Positions 12,004 through 24,702 of a stretch of DNA of 64,000 bases are shown here, one piece after another (within the stretch, counting starts at the first letter, position 1; the number at the start of each line of letters is the position of its first letter). The notes beneath the pieces are model-generated. The model was not told where the DNA came from and did no database searches. It saw only the letters and a list, made by a program, of their open reading frames with translations. Location of the stretch: contig BCKQ01000019.1 of the NCBI GenBank assembly GCA_001600695.1, positions 110,209 to 174,208 of the forward strand. The letters run 5' to 3'. A program made the translations under genes and the position numbers. Source of the stretch: Ascoidea asiatica JCM 7603. Lineage: Eukaryota > Fungi > Ascomycota.

Positions 12004-12714
12004 TTATTGAGGAAATAATTTAATATAATCATAATATGTCATTGAAGATTTATCACCTTTATATTTAATTAAATTTAAATTTAATTTTTCAATATCATTA
12101 AAATCATTAACTAAAGGTCCACCAGCTTTTTTTATAAGATATTTTAATGTTGTAAATTTATCCCAATTTTGTTCAATTGATACATCTGGTAAAAATGTTG
12201 AATTTAATTTTAAATTATTAAATTTAAAATTAATTTTTAAACCATTTAAACCAATTTTCCAATCTTTTAAATTTTTACAAAATTTAAATTCTTTAAGTAA
12301 ATTTATTGAAACTTTTAAATTTTTAATTTCTTTAATTTCAATTTTTTTAAATCTTGGATCTTTAAATGCTGCAAGTTTACAATATTCTGAAATTCCATTT
12401 GATAAATTTAATTCTGAAAAACATCCAATACATCCCCTTAATTCACAATCTTCATCTTCATAATCATCTTCATCTTCATCTTCATCGTCATATTCATTTT
12501 CTTTATTATTGAGATTATAAATAGTATTCCAAGTTACAAATAATGGAAATTGATCATTTAAATTAATATCATCTTTATAATTTAATTTCTTCTCAAAATA
12601 TTCTTTATAATATTTTAATGAATATTTACTATCATTTTTAATTCCATTTAAATTAGAAATTAATACATCAAATGCATATGCTGTATATGGTGATTTAATA
12701 TACTTATTCTTCAT
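12004..12714 (-). CDS. AMMECR1-domain protein (YOR289W-like)
   Basis: Hallmark LRGCIG, plus PLFVTW, AAFKDPRF and TFLPDVSIEQNW..TLKYLIKKAG. Confidence 0.92.
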   Translation of the reverse strand: MKNKYIKSPYTAYAFDVLISNLNGIKNDSKYSLKYYKEYFEKKLNYKDDINLNDQFPLFVTWNTIYNLNNKENEYDDEDEDEDDYEDEDCELRGCIGCFSELNLSNGISEYCKLAAFKDPRFKKIEIKEIKNLKVSINLLKEFKFCKNLKDWKIGLNGLKINFKFNNLKLNSTFLPDVSIEQNWDKFTTLKYLIKKAGGPLVNDFNDIEKLNLNLIKYKGDKSSMTYYDYIKLFPQ

Positions 12715-13110
12715 TTTAATCTATTTACTTTCTTCTCTTTGCTCTTTACTCTCTATATATTATTTTATATTAGAATAAAGATAAAGATAAGAATTTGATA
12801 AGAATATGATAAGAATATGATAAGGATAAGGATATAAAGGGTTATTTATACTAGTAGTACTTAAGTACTTAGTACTTAATACTTAATACTTAATACTTAG
12901 TAATTAACCGTGGTGGTAGTAAATTAACTCTATTTCCGATGTCAGCAATCAATACTTAACTACTTAACTAGTAAAGAACTTAACTATTGCTTTTAACTAC
13001 TGTACTTAATTAGAAATAGAATTGATTGTATAAATATGTATGAAATTTAGAGAATATAAAGAATAAGAACATAAAGATAATAACATAAAGAATAAGAAAA
13101 TAAAAATTAT

Positions 13111-14073
13111 CTAGAGAGGAGAATTTCTGAATAAATATGAAACAGATTCACCATTATGTAATCTTCTAATAGCTTCTGCTAAAACTCCAGATATATCAAT
13201 TGTATCTAATTTTGGACATAATAATTTTTTATCATTAAATGGTACAGTATTTGTACAAACAACTTTATCTAATTTACTTTGATTAATATTTTTAATTGCA
13301 TTACCTGATAATATACCATGAGTTACAATTGCAATAACTAATTTTGCACCATTTTTAATTAAAATATCTGCAGCTTTTGATAATGTACCACATGTATCAG
13401 CCATATCATCAACAATTATACAAATTTTATTTAAAACATCACCAACTAAAACCATTCTTGAAACTTCATTAGCAATTGCTCTTTCTTTATGAATTAAAGC
13501 AAAATTTAAATCTAATCTATCTGCTAAAGATGCTGCTCTTTTTGCACCACCTGCATCAGGTGAAACTAAAATTGAATTTTTATAATCAATATTTGATTTT
13601 ATATATCTTAAAACACTTGGTTCAGCATATAAATTATCTGCAGGTACATCAAAAAATCCTTGAATTTGAGATGCATGTAAATCCATAGTAATAATATGAT
13701 TTGCACCAGAAGTTGTTAACATATCTGCAACTAATTTTGCAGAAATTGGAGCTCTACTTTTATCTTTTCTATCTTGTCTTGCATATGGAAAATTTGGTAT
13801 AACAGCAGTAATTCTTCTTGCACTTGCAGTTTTACAAGCATTAATAATAATTAATAATTCTAAAATTCTATCATTAACATCTCCAGAAGATATTTGAGAA
13901 ATTATATAAATATCTTCATCTCTTACAGATTCTCCAATACTAAAAGAAACTTCACCATTTGATTCTCTTTTTAAATCAACTTTACATAATGGTAAACCTA
14001 ATCTTTTTGAAACTAATTCTGCTAAACCACGATGAATATCTGAAGAAATTAATTTTATATTATTCGAAGCCAT
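13111..14073 (-). CDS. PRS3: Ribose-phosphate pyrophosphokinase 3
   Basis: [47 protein letters not shown]; N-terminus [13 protein letters not shown] typical of Prs3. Confidence 0.95.
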   Translation of the reverse strand: MASNNIKLISSDIHRGLAELVSKRLGLPLCKVDLKRESNGEVSFSIGESVRDEDIYIISQISSGDVNDRILELLIIINACKTASARRITAVIPNFPYARQDRKDKSRAPISAKLVADMLTTSGANHIITMDLHASQIQGFFDVPADNLYAEPSVLRYIKSNIDYKNSILVSPDAGGAKRAASLADRLDLNFALIHKERAIANEVSRMVLVGDVLNKICIIVDDMADTCGTLSKAADILIKNGAKLVIAIVTHGILSGNAIKNINQSKLDKVVCTNTVPFNDKKLLCPKLDTIDISGVLAEAIRRLHNGESVSYLFRNSPL

Positions 14074-14599
14074 TTTTTTATTCTATAATTTATAATGAAA
14101 TATTTATCTTTATCTTTATCTTTATCTTTATCTGTATATTTATATTTATATTAATATTTATATTTATATTTATATTTATAAGTTTATATATTTATATTTA
14201 TATTTATATGTGAGTAAGTTACTAGTAACAATAATAATTATAATTGATTTGATTTTAATTTGAGTAATATCTATTAAAGAACCATGATTAATTAATATTT
14301 ATTTAGGAAAAAAAGAAGAGAAAATAAAAGAGATCAATAAAATAGAAAGTAAATTCTAAAAGAATTCTAAAATTCGAAATCAAAATAAACTGAAACGAAA
14401 GTAAAATTTAAAAAAAAAAAAGAAAGACATAAAAAAATTTAAGATATTTAAATATTTGATACTTTTAATAATATTTATACATAATAAAATATTGAGATCA
14501 AAACGGTACAGTATTGGTTTAGTTACTACTGAACAGAACTGAACTGTGGAAAAAAAAAAGATGGATAAATTTTTTAACGATGAGGATAATTCTTTAGCA

Positions 14600-15330
14600 G
14601 ACTGAGCGAGTGGTAGTTAAGACTTCAGCTGCTCGGCTTCATCCAGCAATGGCAAAGAACGATGAGCAGATGCAACACCAGCAGCAGCACGGCACGGCAG
14701 CCAGCAAGGCCCCCCGGGAGCACCAGCCAATCACAGAGCAGAGCCGTAACATGTCAGGTGCAGGTCACGAGAATATCAGCTTTAAAGGTATCCCTATTAT
14801 TGGTCTCTAATAAGTCAGCTGTTTTAATGATCTTGTGACTGATTACTCCTTGATTACGTACTTCATACCAAAAACACGGGTTTAAACATTAGTGCAGTTA
14901 CTAGCCTGAGACAACATACAATGGTTGCATGTTTCCCCCTGCAACACGGAGCGGGCTTTTTTTGTGAAGCGTCTAAAAGTAGGCGTCTGCTGAAACTTTC
15001 TGTACGCTGCACTCTCATCCTTTTCTTGCAGTGCCACCAAGACGCCTGCATACTCCGGTTCCGCGGCTTTCCAACTATCCGAAACTCGACCACAACCACC
15101 ACAAACAGCAGAAGCAGCAGAAGCAGCAGAAGCAGCAGCAGCAACAACAACAACAACAACTTCATGACCCTTAGCCTCAGTCTCTTTGTCTTTGTCTTCT
15201 TCTTCTCTTTCTGCTGCTTCAATTTCTGGCTCTTTGTGCCCATTTCCCTTGCCTGGGCTAGTTCTGTTTCTAGGCTGGTACGAACGAATGTAACTGCATC
15301 GATCCCACTTCTGCCCACCATTTTTATTCT
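14600..15330. promoter_or_regulatory. GC-rich divergent promoter island between PRS3 and NUM1
   Basis: Sharp rise in G+C and CpG; CCAAT box (AGCCAATCA near 14726), CGATGAG motifs; overlapping ORFs on both strands are low-complexity. Confidence 0.6.
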
Positions 15331-16313
15331 TTTATTCATTGTATTAACACCTTACCAGAAATAAACTAACTTTTCTTTTCTTTTCTTTTCTTTTTATTTC
15401 AATTTAATTCAATTTAATTCAATTCAATCTAATTCTTTTTAATTCCAAATCGATTTATTTCATTTAATTTCATTGTAAATCTCATAAAAACCACAATCTT
15501 TTTAACATTCCATTTATTTACAAAATTTTCACTTAAATGTATTCTAAATCCACCTCTCAACAATTATTAACAGATCAACTGAATATGAAAACTGTAACAA
15601 AATTATTCTTTGTTTTTTTTTTTGGATCTTCGAATTTCAATAAATTTCAATAAATAAATAAAAGTGAATAGAAATGTTATGTAACGTATGAGATAAACAC
15701 CCATTTTTTTAGTCTCATTTTTAATATTCACCAAGTATTAATACTAATAGTAATACTAATAGTATTAGCTAATTGTAATTTAATAATCATCCATTGTTAC
15801 TTTATTTCAAATAATTATTATAAAATATCTAATTTTGCTCAATTTATAAATATTTCTTTCACTATTTATATTCTAATCTTTTAATCAATCTTTTAATCAA
15901 TCTATTAATCAATTTTATTAATACTTCAATTCGATTCAATTCAATTCAATCTAATTCTGATTCTTCTCAGATTCAGATTCATCTGAGACATAGATTCATT
16001 TTAACACTCACATTCACATTCAACCCAATTATATACTCAAATATATATATCAAATATTCATTCTTGGATTCATATTAATACCAATATATCTCTTATTACC
16101 GTACTTGAAAAAAACTTCCCTTTTTTTTATCATCTCCAATTATATTAATTATCTTAATTAACCCCTAGATTTCTTTATCAATTTTTCCATTTTATATAAA
16201 TTATATATCTTATAAAATACTTATTATTCATATGTAAATGATTGCATTCAATTCATAATATAAGTAAAATATAATCCAATATAATAATAACATCAATAGT
16301 ATAATAAAAAGAC

Positions 16314-19300
16314 ATGCCTTCTTATCATTATAATTATAATAACAACATTATTTCAAATAGTAATAGTAATAATAATAACAATAACAAAAGACATTCAAAA
16401 ACAAGAGAATTATTCGATCAATTCAATAATAGATTTTCATTATCTTCTTCTTTATCAAATTCAACAATTTCAAATTCAGTAATTTCTTCAAATTCTTCAA
16501 ATTCTTCAAATTTATCAAATTCATTCTCTAATTCATATTCAAATACTTTCTCAATTCATTCAAATAATTCTTTAATTTCTTCAAATTCTTCAAATAATTC
16601 AATAAATAATTCAATAATTAATAAAAAAAATATTAATAATAATATAAATAATAAAAGAAAATCAAGAAATATGATTATTTCAAATCCAATTTTAACTAAT
16701 TCAACAAATTCAACAAGTTTAAATAATATACAAATTAATAAATTACATAACTCAATCTCAAGAAATTCTTCAAAAAGTTCAAATTCAACTTCAAATTCAA
16801 GAAATACTTCTTACATTAACACTAATAATATTAATAATAATAATAATAGTAATAATAATAATAATCAATTTCAATCAATTTCAATACCTAATTCTTTATC
16901 AACTCCAAATTTAAACTTAAATTCAAATTCAAATTCAAATTTAAATGAAATTAATTCTGCAATTATAAAATCTAATACCAACTCAAATATAGATTCAATT
17001 AAAGAATCAAATAATGACTTAAATAAAGATTTAAATATTGAAGCTAATATTGAATCAAGTATTGATTCTGATGAATTAAATGATAACTCAAATACAGAGT
17101 CAAATGAACTTAAATTTGAAAATAAACTTGAAATTGAAATTAATGAAAATAAAAAAAAAAATAGAAAAAGTATAATAATTAATAATAATGATCTTGATTT
17201 TACTTTACAATTATCAAAAAATCTTGCAGTTCAATCAAGAAAATTACAAATTGAAAATTTAAAATATATTCAAAAAATTAATAATTTAAAATTAAAAATT
17301 AAAAATTTAAAAATTCAATTAAATGATAATAATCAATTAAATAATAATGAATCAAATAATAAAATTAAAATTTTAAATGAAAAAATTACTAATTTAAATA
17401 ATTTAATATCAAATTTAAATCAATCAATTTTAGAAAAAGATAATTTACAAAATTTAACTCAAAATGATTTAAAAATTTCAAAAGATTCATATATTTTTTT
17501 AAATTCTCAATTTAATCAATATAAATTAAAATCTATTCAAATTATTGAGAATTTAAAAAAAAATCAATCTTTGAATTTAAATTTAAATAATTCTTCTCCT
17601 TCAATAAATTCTATAACTTCTTTTGCAACTATTACTAATAATAATTCAAATTCAAATATCTCAAGTATTTCAAATATCTCAAATCCAAATAATACAACTA
17701 GATCTTCCTTTGATATTCAATTTCAAGAAAATAATAATAGTTTATCTTCAACTTCTTCAAATTCAACTCAATTTGTTTCTTTATTATCAGAAAATAAATC
17801 TTTGAAAAATAAAATTATTCAATTACAAAATTTGAAAAAAATTGAAAAAGATTCAATAAATTTAGAAATTCAAAATTTACAAGAAAAATTAATTAAAATT
17901 TCAAATGATTTATCAATTAAAGATTCAAAATTAATGAAATCTGAAAATGCTCTTCAAAATTATAAAAATTTTGATAATGATCCAAAAAGCTTAAGATTAA
18001 AATTAGAAAATTATATTAGAAAAAATAATTTAGTTTTATTAGATTTAACTGAATACAAATCTTTACAAAAAATGTCAATAATTTCAACAAATTCATTTAA
18101 TTCAAATACAAATTCTCAAACTTCAAATACTTCAAATAATTTAAGTACAAATGCTTCAATAACTAATAGTTCATTGAATTCAACTACAATGATTTCAAAT
18201 TTTGATGAAAATTCTTTTATTTCTAATTTAAATTCAAATTTTAATACTTTTAGAGATAAACTTTCTGATAAAGTTTCAAATAGATTATCAACTTTTGATC
18301 CAATTAAGGATACAAATAGAGATTCAATTATTGATATTGAATCTTCAACTTCTTCATCAAAAAGAGATTCAACTATTTCAATTGATCAAAAATCAAAAGT
18401 TTCAAGATTACAACAAATGTTATATAATCATAAAATCCTAGAAAAACATACAAATGAATTAAAAGCTGAAGTAGAAAATTATAAAGTTAAATTAGAAACT
18501 GTTTCAAATGAATATGATCAATTATTAACATCAAATACTGTATTAAAAACTGGTAAAGAAAAAATTCAAACTGAATTAAATGATTTAACAAATAAATTCA
18601 ACTCATTATTTGAAAGAAATGTTGCTTTGAAAAAAGGAAATAAATCTTTATCATTAGAAAATTCTGATTTAAATAATCATTTATCTAAAATTCAAATTGA
18701 AAATAATGAATTTCATTTTAAAATTGAAGAATTAGATTTGAAAGTTGGTAATTTAAGAAATCAAATTAATGGTCTTGAATCTGAAATTCAAGAATTATCA
18801 GAAAATAATTCTATAAAAACAAAAGAAAATGAACATTTGAAAACAGATATTAATCGTTCTATTTTAGAAAAAATTAAATTATCTGATGAAATTAAAACTC
18901 TTAAAAAGAAATTACAAGTTGAAAAAGAAGAAAAAAAAATTATACATGAAAAATCTTTAACAAAATCTTCAATGATTCATCAAGTTCAAACCATACTTGG
19001 AACAAGCTTAATATCATTGACCAGCCCTAGTAATGATAGATTCCCTCAGAGTTTGAAACAGGATCCTAAAAAAATATCATCAGTTTTAACAAAAATTAGC
19101 ACCAATGAAACATTATCTGAAAAAGTTGTTAATCTTGATATCAATGCTTATAAAGATAAAAGCATTGAAAATAAAGTAAGAGAAAAGAATGATGACATGC
19201 AAAGTGATACTGATGTTAGTAGTATTGGTATTATAGAAGCTGATAGTTCAGATAATGATACAGACTCTGAATCTGGATCAATTTCTGATGAAAGTTTGAT

Positions 19301-21041
19301 TAAAAAAGCTTCTGAACGAGGATTAGTCGTAATTGATCAAGAAGAATATTCAACTTTAAAAGAAGAGTCAGTTTATTTGTCAACAGAAGATAGAATTAGA
19401 GATAAAGCTGCAAAAATTGGATTAGTTGTGTTAACAAGATCTGAATATGACCAAGTTGAAAAAGGTTCTAAAGTTAGAAGTATAGATGAATTGAATTCCG
19501 AAGCAGCTTCATTAGGATATCATTTACTTAGAACTTATAGAGAAAATGATAACTTAAATGATTATTTGGAAGAAGATAAAATTATTTTGGAAAGAGATCA
19601 ATTTCTTCAACTTAAGAAAAAAGCTGATAATAAATTAGTTTTAACTAGAGATATAATATCTAGAAATGCATCTGATTTTAATTTGGTTGTGAAACCAGTA
19701 AATGAATTCGAGAAAATTTTGGAAATGGCAAAGATAAATGAATCAGAACTTTCTAAAGAACGTTTAATGAATCTTTGTAAAGATCAAGATTTACTTTGTA
19801 TTTCTGTTACAAGATACATGAAAGATCCAAAACATAAACTGTTGATTAGTCCATATTTTGAAGATAATGTTGCAATGTCTAGAAAGACATATGATAATTT
19901 CCTAAGACTTGAAAATTTAAATATTGAAACTATGGCTTTGGATAAATTACGAGAAAATGTTAAAAAACGTGGATATGAGATAACAGAAGTTGATTATGAT
20001 AATGGTATGGCTTTATCAAGTTCATTTAATAAAAATGATTCATCATTGAACCTTTATGGAGAAACAATAGATGAAGATGAAATTACTATAAATGATGATT
20101 CATCTCTGTCAAGTGTGACGGTTAATTGTTTGAAAAGATCATCTACTACAATTTCAAGACCTTCAGATATACAACATCAATCTCATTTAGGACCAGAAGA
20201 AGCTCGAGCATTATTGGCTAATATGAAATCATCGTCAAGATCCTCTATTGCTACTGGATCTACAGAAGAACCTGCATCCATAATTATTGATTCATCAGTT
20301 AGTAAAAGATTAAATGATTCAGGATTATCATTAAAGGGTAATCCTTTTAAAAACCCAACAATTAGTGCCATAACTCAAACAGTTATTGGTGAATTTCTTT
20401 ACAAATATTATAGAAGTCTTGGACCATTATCAGTTATTTCGGAAAATCGTCATGAGAGGTATTTTTGGATTCATCCATATACTTTAACATTATATTGGTC
20501 GGAAGTTAATCCAGTTTTTGGAGATCCAGCTAGTAATAAAACTAGAGCTATTGCAATATGTGATGTTGAAAGTGTTGAAGATAATAATCCATTACCTCCA
20601 GGATTATATCATAAAAGTATAATTATTTATTCTCAGAATAAACAAATTACATTAACATGTCCATCAAAACTTAGACATAATATTTGGTATAATTCTTTAA
20701 GATATCTTGTTGATAAAAGTAAAGAAGGTATGAAATTTGATACCTCAGTTTCAAGAGTATTTCAAGATAATAATATTGCACGATCTTTAGATAATGGAAA
20801 TCATTTCATAAAGAATAATGCAGAGTTTGAAAGAAGTAGAACTAGAAAACAATTTTTTCAAAATAAAAACAATACTTCTATGGGATTTAGTAGAGGAATG
20901 TCTTCTAAATTTCGAACAACTTTGGATTATATTCCTGAAAATCAGAGTCAAAGTACAAGTCAAATAAAACATGGTGGATTTGATAATGAAGGTCGAAGAA
21001 GATCACATTCATATAATGAACTTGACTTTTCATATAACTAG
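16314..21041 (+). CDS. NUM1: Nuclear migration/cortical dynein anchor Num1 (ApsA/Mcp5 family)
   Basis: Long coiled-coil region; degenerate Num1-type repeats (LIKKASERGLVVI, IRDKAAKIGLVVL, ISRNASDFNLVV); C-terminal Mcp5-type PH domain AITQTVIGEFLYKYYR...RHERYFWIHPYTLTLYWS. Confidence 0.88.
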   Translation: MPSYHYNYNNNIISNSNSNNNNNNKRHSKTRELFDQFNNRFSLSSSLSNSTISNSVISSNSSNSSNLSNSFSNSYSNTFSIHSNNSLISSNSSNNSINNSIINKKNINNNINNKRKSRNMIISNPILTNSTNSTSLNNIQINKLHNSISRNSSKSSNSTSNSRNTSYINTNNINNNNNSNNNNNQFQSISIPNSLSTPNLNLNSNSNSNLNEINSAIIKSNTNSNIDSIKESNNDLNKDLNIEANIESSIDSDELNDNSNTESNELKFENKLEIEINENKKKNRKSIIINNNDLDFTLQLSKNLAVQSRKLQIENLKYIQKINNLKLKIKNLKIQLNDNNQLNNNESNNKIKILNEKITNLNNLISNLNQSILEKDNLQNLTQNDLKISKDSYIFLNSQFNQYKLKSIQIIENLKKNQSLNLNLNNSSPSINSITSFATITNNNSNSNISSISNISNPNNTTRSSFDIQFQENNNSLSSTSSNSTQFVSLLSENKSLKNKIIQLQNLKKIEKDSINLEIQNLQEKLIKISNDLSIKDSKLMKSENALQNYKNFDNDPKSLRLKLENYIRKNNLVLLDLTEYKSLQKMSIISTNSFNSNTNSQTSNTSNNLSTNASITNSSLNSTTMISNFDENSFISNLNSNFNTFRDKLSDKVSNRLSTFDPIKDTNRDSIIDIESSTSSSKRDSTISIDQKSKVSRLQQMLYNHKILEKHTNELKAEVENYKVKLETVSNEYDQLLTSNTVLKTGKEKIQTELNDLTNKFNSLFERNVALKKGNKSLSLENSDLNNHLSKIQIENNEFHFKIEELDLKVGNLRNQINGLESEIQELSENNSIKTKENEHLKTDINRSILEKIKLSDEIKTLKKKLQVEKEEKKIIHEKSLTKSSMIHQVQTILGTSLISLTSPSNDRFPQSLKQDPKKISSVLTKISTNETLSEKVVNLDINAYKDKSIENKVREKNDDMQSDTDVSSIGIIEADSSDNDTDSESGSISDESLIKKASERGLVVIDQEEYSTLKEESVYLSTEDRIRDKAAKIGLVVLTRSEYDQVEKGSKVRSIDELNSEAASLGYHLLRTYRENDNLNDYLEEDKIILERDQFLQLKKKADNKLVLTRDIISRNASDFNLVVKPVNEFEKILEMAKINESELSKERLMNLCKDQDLLCISVTRYMKDPKHKLLISPYFEDNVAMSRKTYDNFLRLENLNIETMALDKLRENVKKRGYEITEVDYDNGMALSSSFNKNDSSLNLYGETIDEDEITINDDSSLSSVTVNCLKRSSTTISRPSDIQHQSHLGPEEARALLANMKSSSRSSIATGSTEEPASIIIDSSVSKRLNDSGLSLKGNPFKNPTISAITQTVIGEFLYKYYRSLGPLSVISENRHERYFWIHPYTLTLYWSEVNPVFGDPASNKTRAIAICDVESVEDNNPLPPGLYHKSIIIYSQNKQITLTCPSKLRHNIWYNSLRYLVDKSKEGMKFDTSVSRVFQDNNIARSLDNGNHFIKNNAEFERSRTRKQFFQNKNNTSMGFSRGMSSKFRTTLDYIPENQSQSTSQIKHGGFDNEGRRRSHSYNELDFSYN

Positions 21042-21651
21042 AAATAAAATTTTTGAGCCTTTTTTTTTCTTTCATTTTTTTTAATTTTCTTCTTTCAATT
21101 TTTAAAATCCAATTATTTGTTTACTCATTTATCAATTCTGTTGATTTTGGACTTTTTTTTTTGTTTTTTTTATACTTATTAGTTTATGCTAATATGATTA
21201 TTTTTACTCTGTATTAATATTTTGTTCATTCAGTTCTTTATCCTATTTACTATCGTTAATTTACTTTTTTTTATCATTAATTGTGTTTTGAATTTCTAAT
21301 AACTAATATTTTTTTGTTCCTATTGTTTATTTATCTATTTTAGCTTAAGTGACTAATCTTCATTCCTTTATCCATTTCAAATTCAATTTCACTTTCTCTT
21401 TTTTCGTCTTTCGTTTTCTCGTTTGTTCTGAAGCTGTGTTGTTTTATATTTCCTTCGTTTGATAATTCTATATAAAATAGATTCTATTATATTTACAATA
21501 AATACTTTTTTCAGTGAATTGAATGAAAAACAATATAAAAATAAGAAATTTCCTATTCTGGATTTTAAATTTCGGCCTAGCATCAAAGTTGACACGTGGG
21601 CACCGGCCCTCAAATACAACTTCCGACCACGCAGCTAGAACTTTTTTTTGG

Positions 21652-21661
21652 AAAATTTTCA
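21652..21661 (-). promoter_or_regulatory. RRPE-like element TGAAAATTTT upstream of ARB1
   Basis: AAAATTTTCA on the + strand about 240 bp upstream of the ARB1 ATG; consistent with a ribosome-biogenesis gene. Confidence 0.4.
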
Positions 21662-21899
21662 TAGCAATTCTAATAGGGGAAAAAATATAGCAATAGAAAT
21701 AAATGAAAAATTGGAGTTTAATTTTATTTTATATTTGAGTAAATCATAAATGAAGTATTTAAAGTATTCTTGATTCTACATTTATTTATTATAATATTTG
21801 TTTTATGTTAGTTTTTCTTATTAATTATTATATTATCTTATATTGTATTAAAGGAAAGTAAGAAAAAAAGTCAAATAATTAATCAATTACTTATTAATC

Positions 21900-23723
21900 A
21901 TGGATAGAAAAGTTAGTGCCTCAAAGGCTAAAAGAGAAGCTAAAAAAGCTGCTTCTGGTAAAAAACCAAAGAAGCTTTCCAAGAAACAATTAGCAGCTCA
22001 AGCAGCTGCTGAAAATGGTGATACTGATGAAGTTTCCAAACAGATCAATAATTTGAAATTACAACAAGATAAAGATGGTATATCAGATCGTGTTACAACT
22101 GGTGTTTTAGATTCTTTACAAACTTCAAGAGATATAAAATTATCATCGGTTTCATTATTATTTCATGGTAAAGTTTTAATTCAAGATTCTACATTAGAAT
22201 TAAATTATGGTAGAAGATATGGTTTATTAGGTGCTAATGGATGTGGAAAATCTACATTTTTAAGAGCAATAGCTGCAAGAGAATATCCAGTACCTGAATC
22301 AATTGATATTTATTTATTAAATGAACCTGCAGAAGCTTCTGAATTATCTGCTTTAGATTGGGTTGTAACTGAAGCTAAAAATGAATTAAAAAGATTAGAA
22401 GATTTAGTTGAAAAAATTTTAGTTGAAGATGGTCCAGAATCTCCAGTTTTAGAAGATTTATATGAAAGAATTGATGAAATGGATCCTGATACTTTTGAAT
22501 CAAGAGCTTCAATAATTTTAATTGGTTTAGGATTTAATTCAAAAACTATTAAAAAGAAAACAAAAGATATGTCTGGTGGTTGGAAAATGAGAGTTGCTTT
22601 ATCAAAAGCTTTATTTGTTAAACCAACATTATTATTATTAGATGATCCAACAGCACATTTAGATTTAGAAGCTTGTGTTTGGTTAGAAGAATATTTAAAA
22701 AGATGGGATAGAACTTTAGTTTTAGTTTCTCATTCTCAAGATTTTTTAAATGGTGTATGTTCAAATATGATTGATATGAGAGAAAATAAAATTATGATGT
22801 ATGGTGGTAATTATGATTCATATATTAAAACTAGAACCGAACAAGAAACAAATCAAATGAAACAATATGCAAAACAACAAGATGAAATTGTTCATATTAA
22901 AAAATTTATTGCAAGTGCAGGTACTTATTCAAATTTAGTTAGACAAGCAAAATCAAGACAAAAAATTTTAGATAAAATGGAAGCTGATGGATTAATTAAA
23001 CCTGTTCAAGCAGAAAAAGTTTTTAGTTTTAGATTTCCAGATATTGAAAAATTACCACCACCAGTTTTATCTTTTGATGATATTAATTTTGCTTATGATG
23101 GTAAACCAGAAAATAATTTATATGAACATTTAAGTTTTGGAGTTGATATGGATTCAAGAATTGCATTAGTTGGACCAAATGGTGTAGGTAAATCAACATT
23201 ATTAAAATTAATGACAGGAGAATTAAATGCTCAAACAGGTAGAGTTTCAAAACATACTCATATTAAAATTGGAGTTTATTCACAACATTCTGCAGATCAA
23301 TTAGATTTAACAAAAACTCCATTAGAATTTGTTCGTGATAAATTCAGTAGTATATCTCAAGATTTTCAATATTGGAGAGGACAGTTAGGTAGATATGGTT
23401 TAACCGGAGAAGGACAAACATCTCAAATGGCAACATTATCAGAAGGTCAAAGATCAAGAGTTGTATTTGCATTATTAGCATTAGAAGCACCAAATATATT
23501 ATTATTGGATGAACCTACTAATGGTTTAGATATTCCAACAATTGATTCATTAGCAGATGCTATAAATGCATTTAATGGTGGTGTTTGTGTAGTTTCACAT
23601 GATTTTAGATTATTAGATAAAATTGCAAAAGATATTTTTGTTGTTGAAAATAAAACTTGTACAAGATGGGATGGATCAATCTTAGATTATAAGAAGAAAT
23701 TAGCTAAAAACATTGTTTTATAA
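21900..23723 (+). CDS. ARB1: ABCF-family ATPase Arb1 (ABCF2)
   Basis: Two ABC domains: GANGCGKST/MSGGWKMR/LLLDDPTAHLD and GPNGVGKST/LSEGQRSR/LLLDEPTN; no TM segments. Confidence 0.96.
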   Translation: MDRKVSASKAKREAKKAASGKKPKKLSKKQLAAQAAAENGDTDEVSKQINNLKLQQDKDGISDRVTTGVLDSLQTSRDIKLSSVSLLFHGKVLIQDSTLELNYGRRYGLLGANGCGKSTFLRAIAAREYPVPESIDIYLLNEPAEASELSALDWVVTEAKNELKRLEDLVEKILVEDGPESPVLEDLYERIDEMDPDTFESRASIILIGLGFNSKTIKKKTKDMSGGWKMRVALSKALFVKPTLLLLDDPTAHLDLEACVWLEEYLKRWDRTLVLVSHSQDFLNGVCSNMIDMRENKIMMYGGNYDSYIKTRTEQETNQMKQYAKQQDEIVHIKKFIASAGTYSNLVRQAKSRQKILDKMEADGLIKPVQAEKVFSFRFPDIEKLPPPVLSFDDINFAYDGKPENNLYEHLSFGVDMDSRIALVGPNGVGKSTLLKLMTGELNAQTGRVSKHTHIKIGVYSQHSADQLDLTKTPLEFVRDKFSSISQDFQYWRGQLGRYGLTGEGQTSQMATLSEGQRSRVVFALLALEAPNILLLDEPTNGLDIPTIDSLADAINAFNGGVCVVSHDFRLLDKIAKDIFVVENKTCTRWDGSILDYKKKLAKNIVL

Positions 23724-24029
23724 GTAAAGTTATATTTAAAATTACTTATTCAAATAATTTTCATAGAAGTTTTCAAAATCCAGCATCATTATTATCATAA
23801 TCATATAAATTTCTGGTTCTTGACAGTTTAATTTTTTTTTGTCTGTTTATGTTTATGTGATATCATTAATTTTGTTTTGAAAGCCAGTGATTTATTAATT
23901 TATACAAATTTATACAAATTTATACAAAATATATTCATTTCCTTAATTCATAAAATAATAATCTGTTATTATCTATAAAGATAACAGATAATGAAATTTA
24001 ATCTCATATTTAACATATTTAACTATTTT

Positions 24030-24400
24030 ACGTCACTACAGTACTCTGAATGCGCAAAAGAAAGCTACACGCGAAATGTCTGCGCGAAAGTAAAAAAAAA
24101 AAAAAAACTTGAAGCCACAAATGAGGTACTGCGTATGTAAAATCCGTTTTTGGAAAATAACTAAAAAAGAACATCCGCAGTCGGATTTCAGGAAATAAAC
24201 CTACGGAAAAAGAATTTATTTAGTACTTCAAACGGAGAGCATGTGACTGGTTTTATTATCGGTTTTCGGAAGAACGTCGCAGCCGTGTTCCGCGGGCCTG
24301 GAGCTGTCAGAATGCACCGGAAACCAATCAAAAATACCGAAAACGGCAATCGGACGGCAAATGACTATCGCAAGCCACTATGAAATTGAAGAAACTGATG
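24030..24400. promoter_or_regulatory. GC-rich promoter island of RVS167
   Basis: CGCGAAA x2, many CGG/CCG triplets, GCCACAAAT (24114-24122), CCAAT box. Confidence 0.5.
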
Positions 24401-24702
24401 AAGGAAGTAGCTGTGATTTATCTATCACGGAATTTGGTGATTTGTTTGCTAAAAGCCCATTCAAATAGGAGAAATTTAGACTGGCTTTGCCTTATTGTTT
24501 CAATCAATGAATGAGAAATAGAAGCAGCAGTAGATTAAATCAACACACATAAATAAATAAATATTTACTTTTTTATTGAATCCAATACTAATTCTTATTG
24601 TTAATTATTGTTAATTTACGTTTTTTTTTTTATTTTTCTCAAGTTCTTATAGAGAGCTCTTTATTTAATTTTATTAATTAGTTTTTTTTTTTTTTACCAA
24701 AA

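Noticed and set aside
15685-15768. Possible 5'-UTR intron upstream of NUM1 (GTATGA...TACTAAT...TAG)
   Set aside because: Both the donor and branch point are non-consensus, and such words are common in AT-rich DNA; needs RNA-seq
22630-23460. Non-canonical ABC motifs in ARB1 (LDDPT, LSEGQ)
   Set aside because: These variants are normal for fungal Arb1
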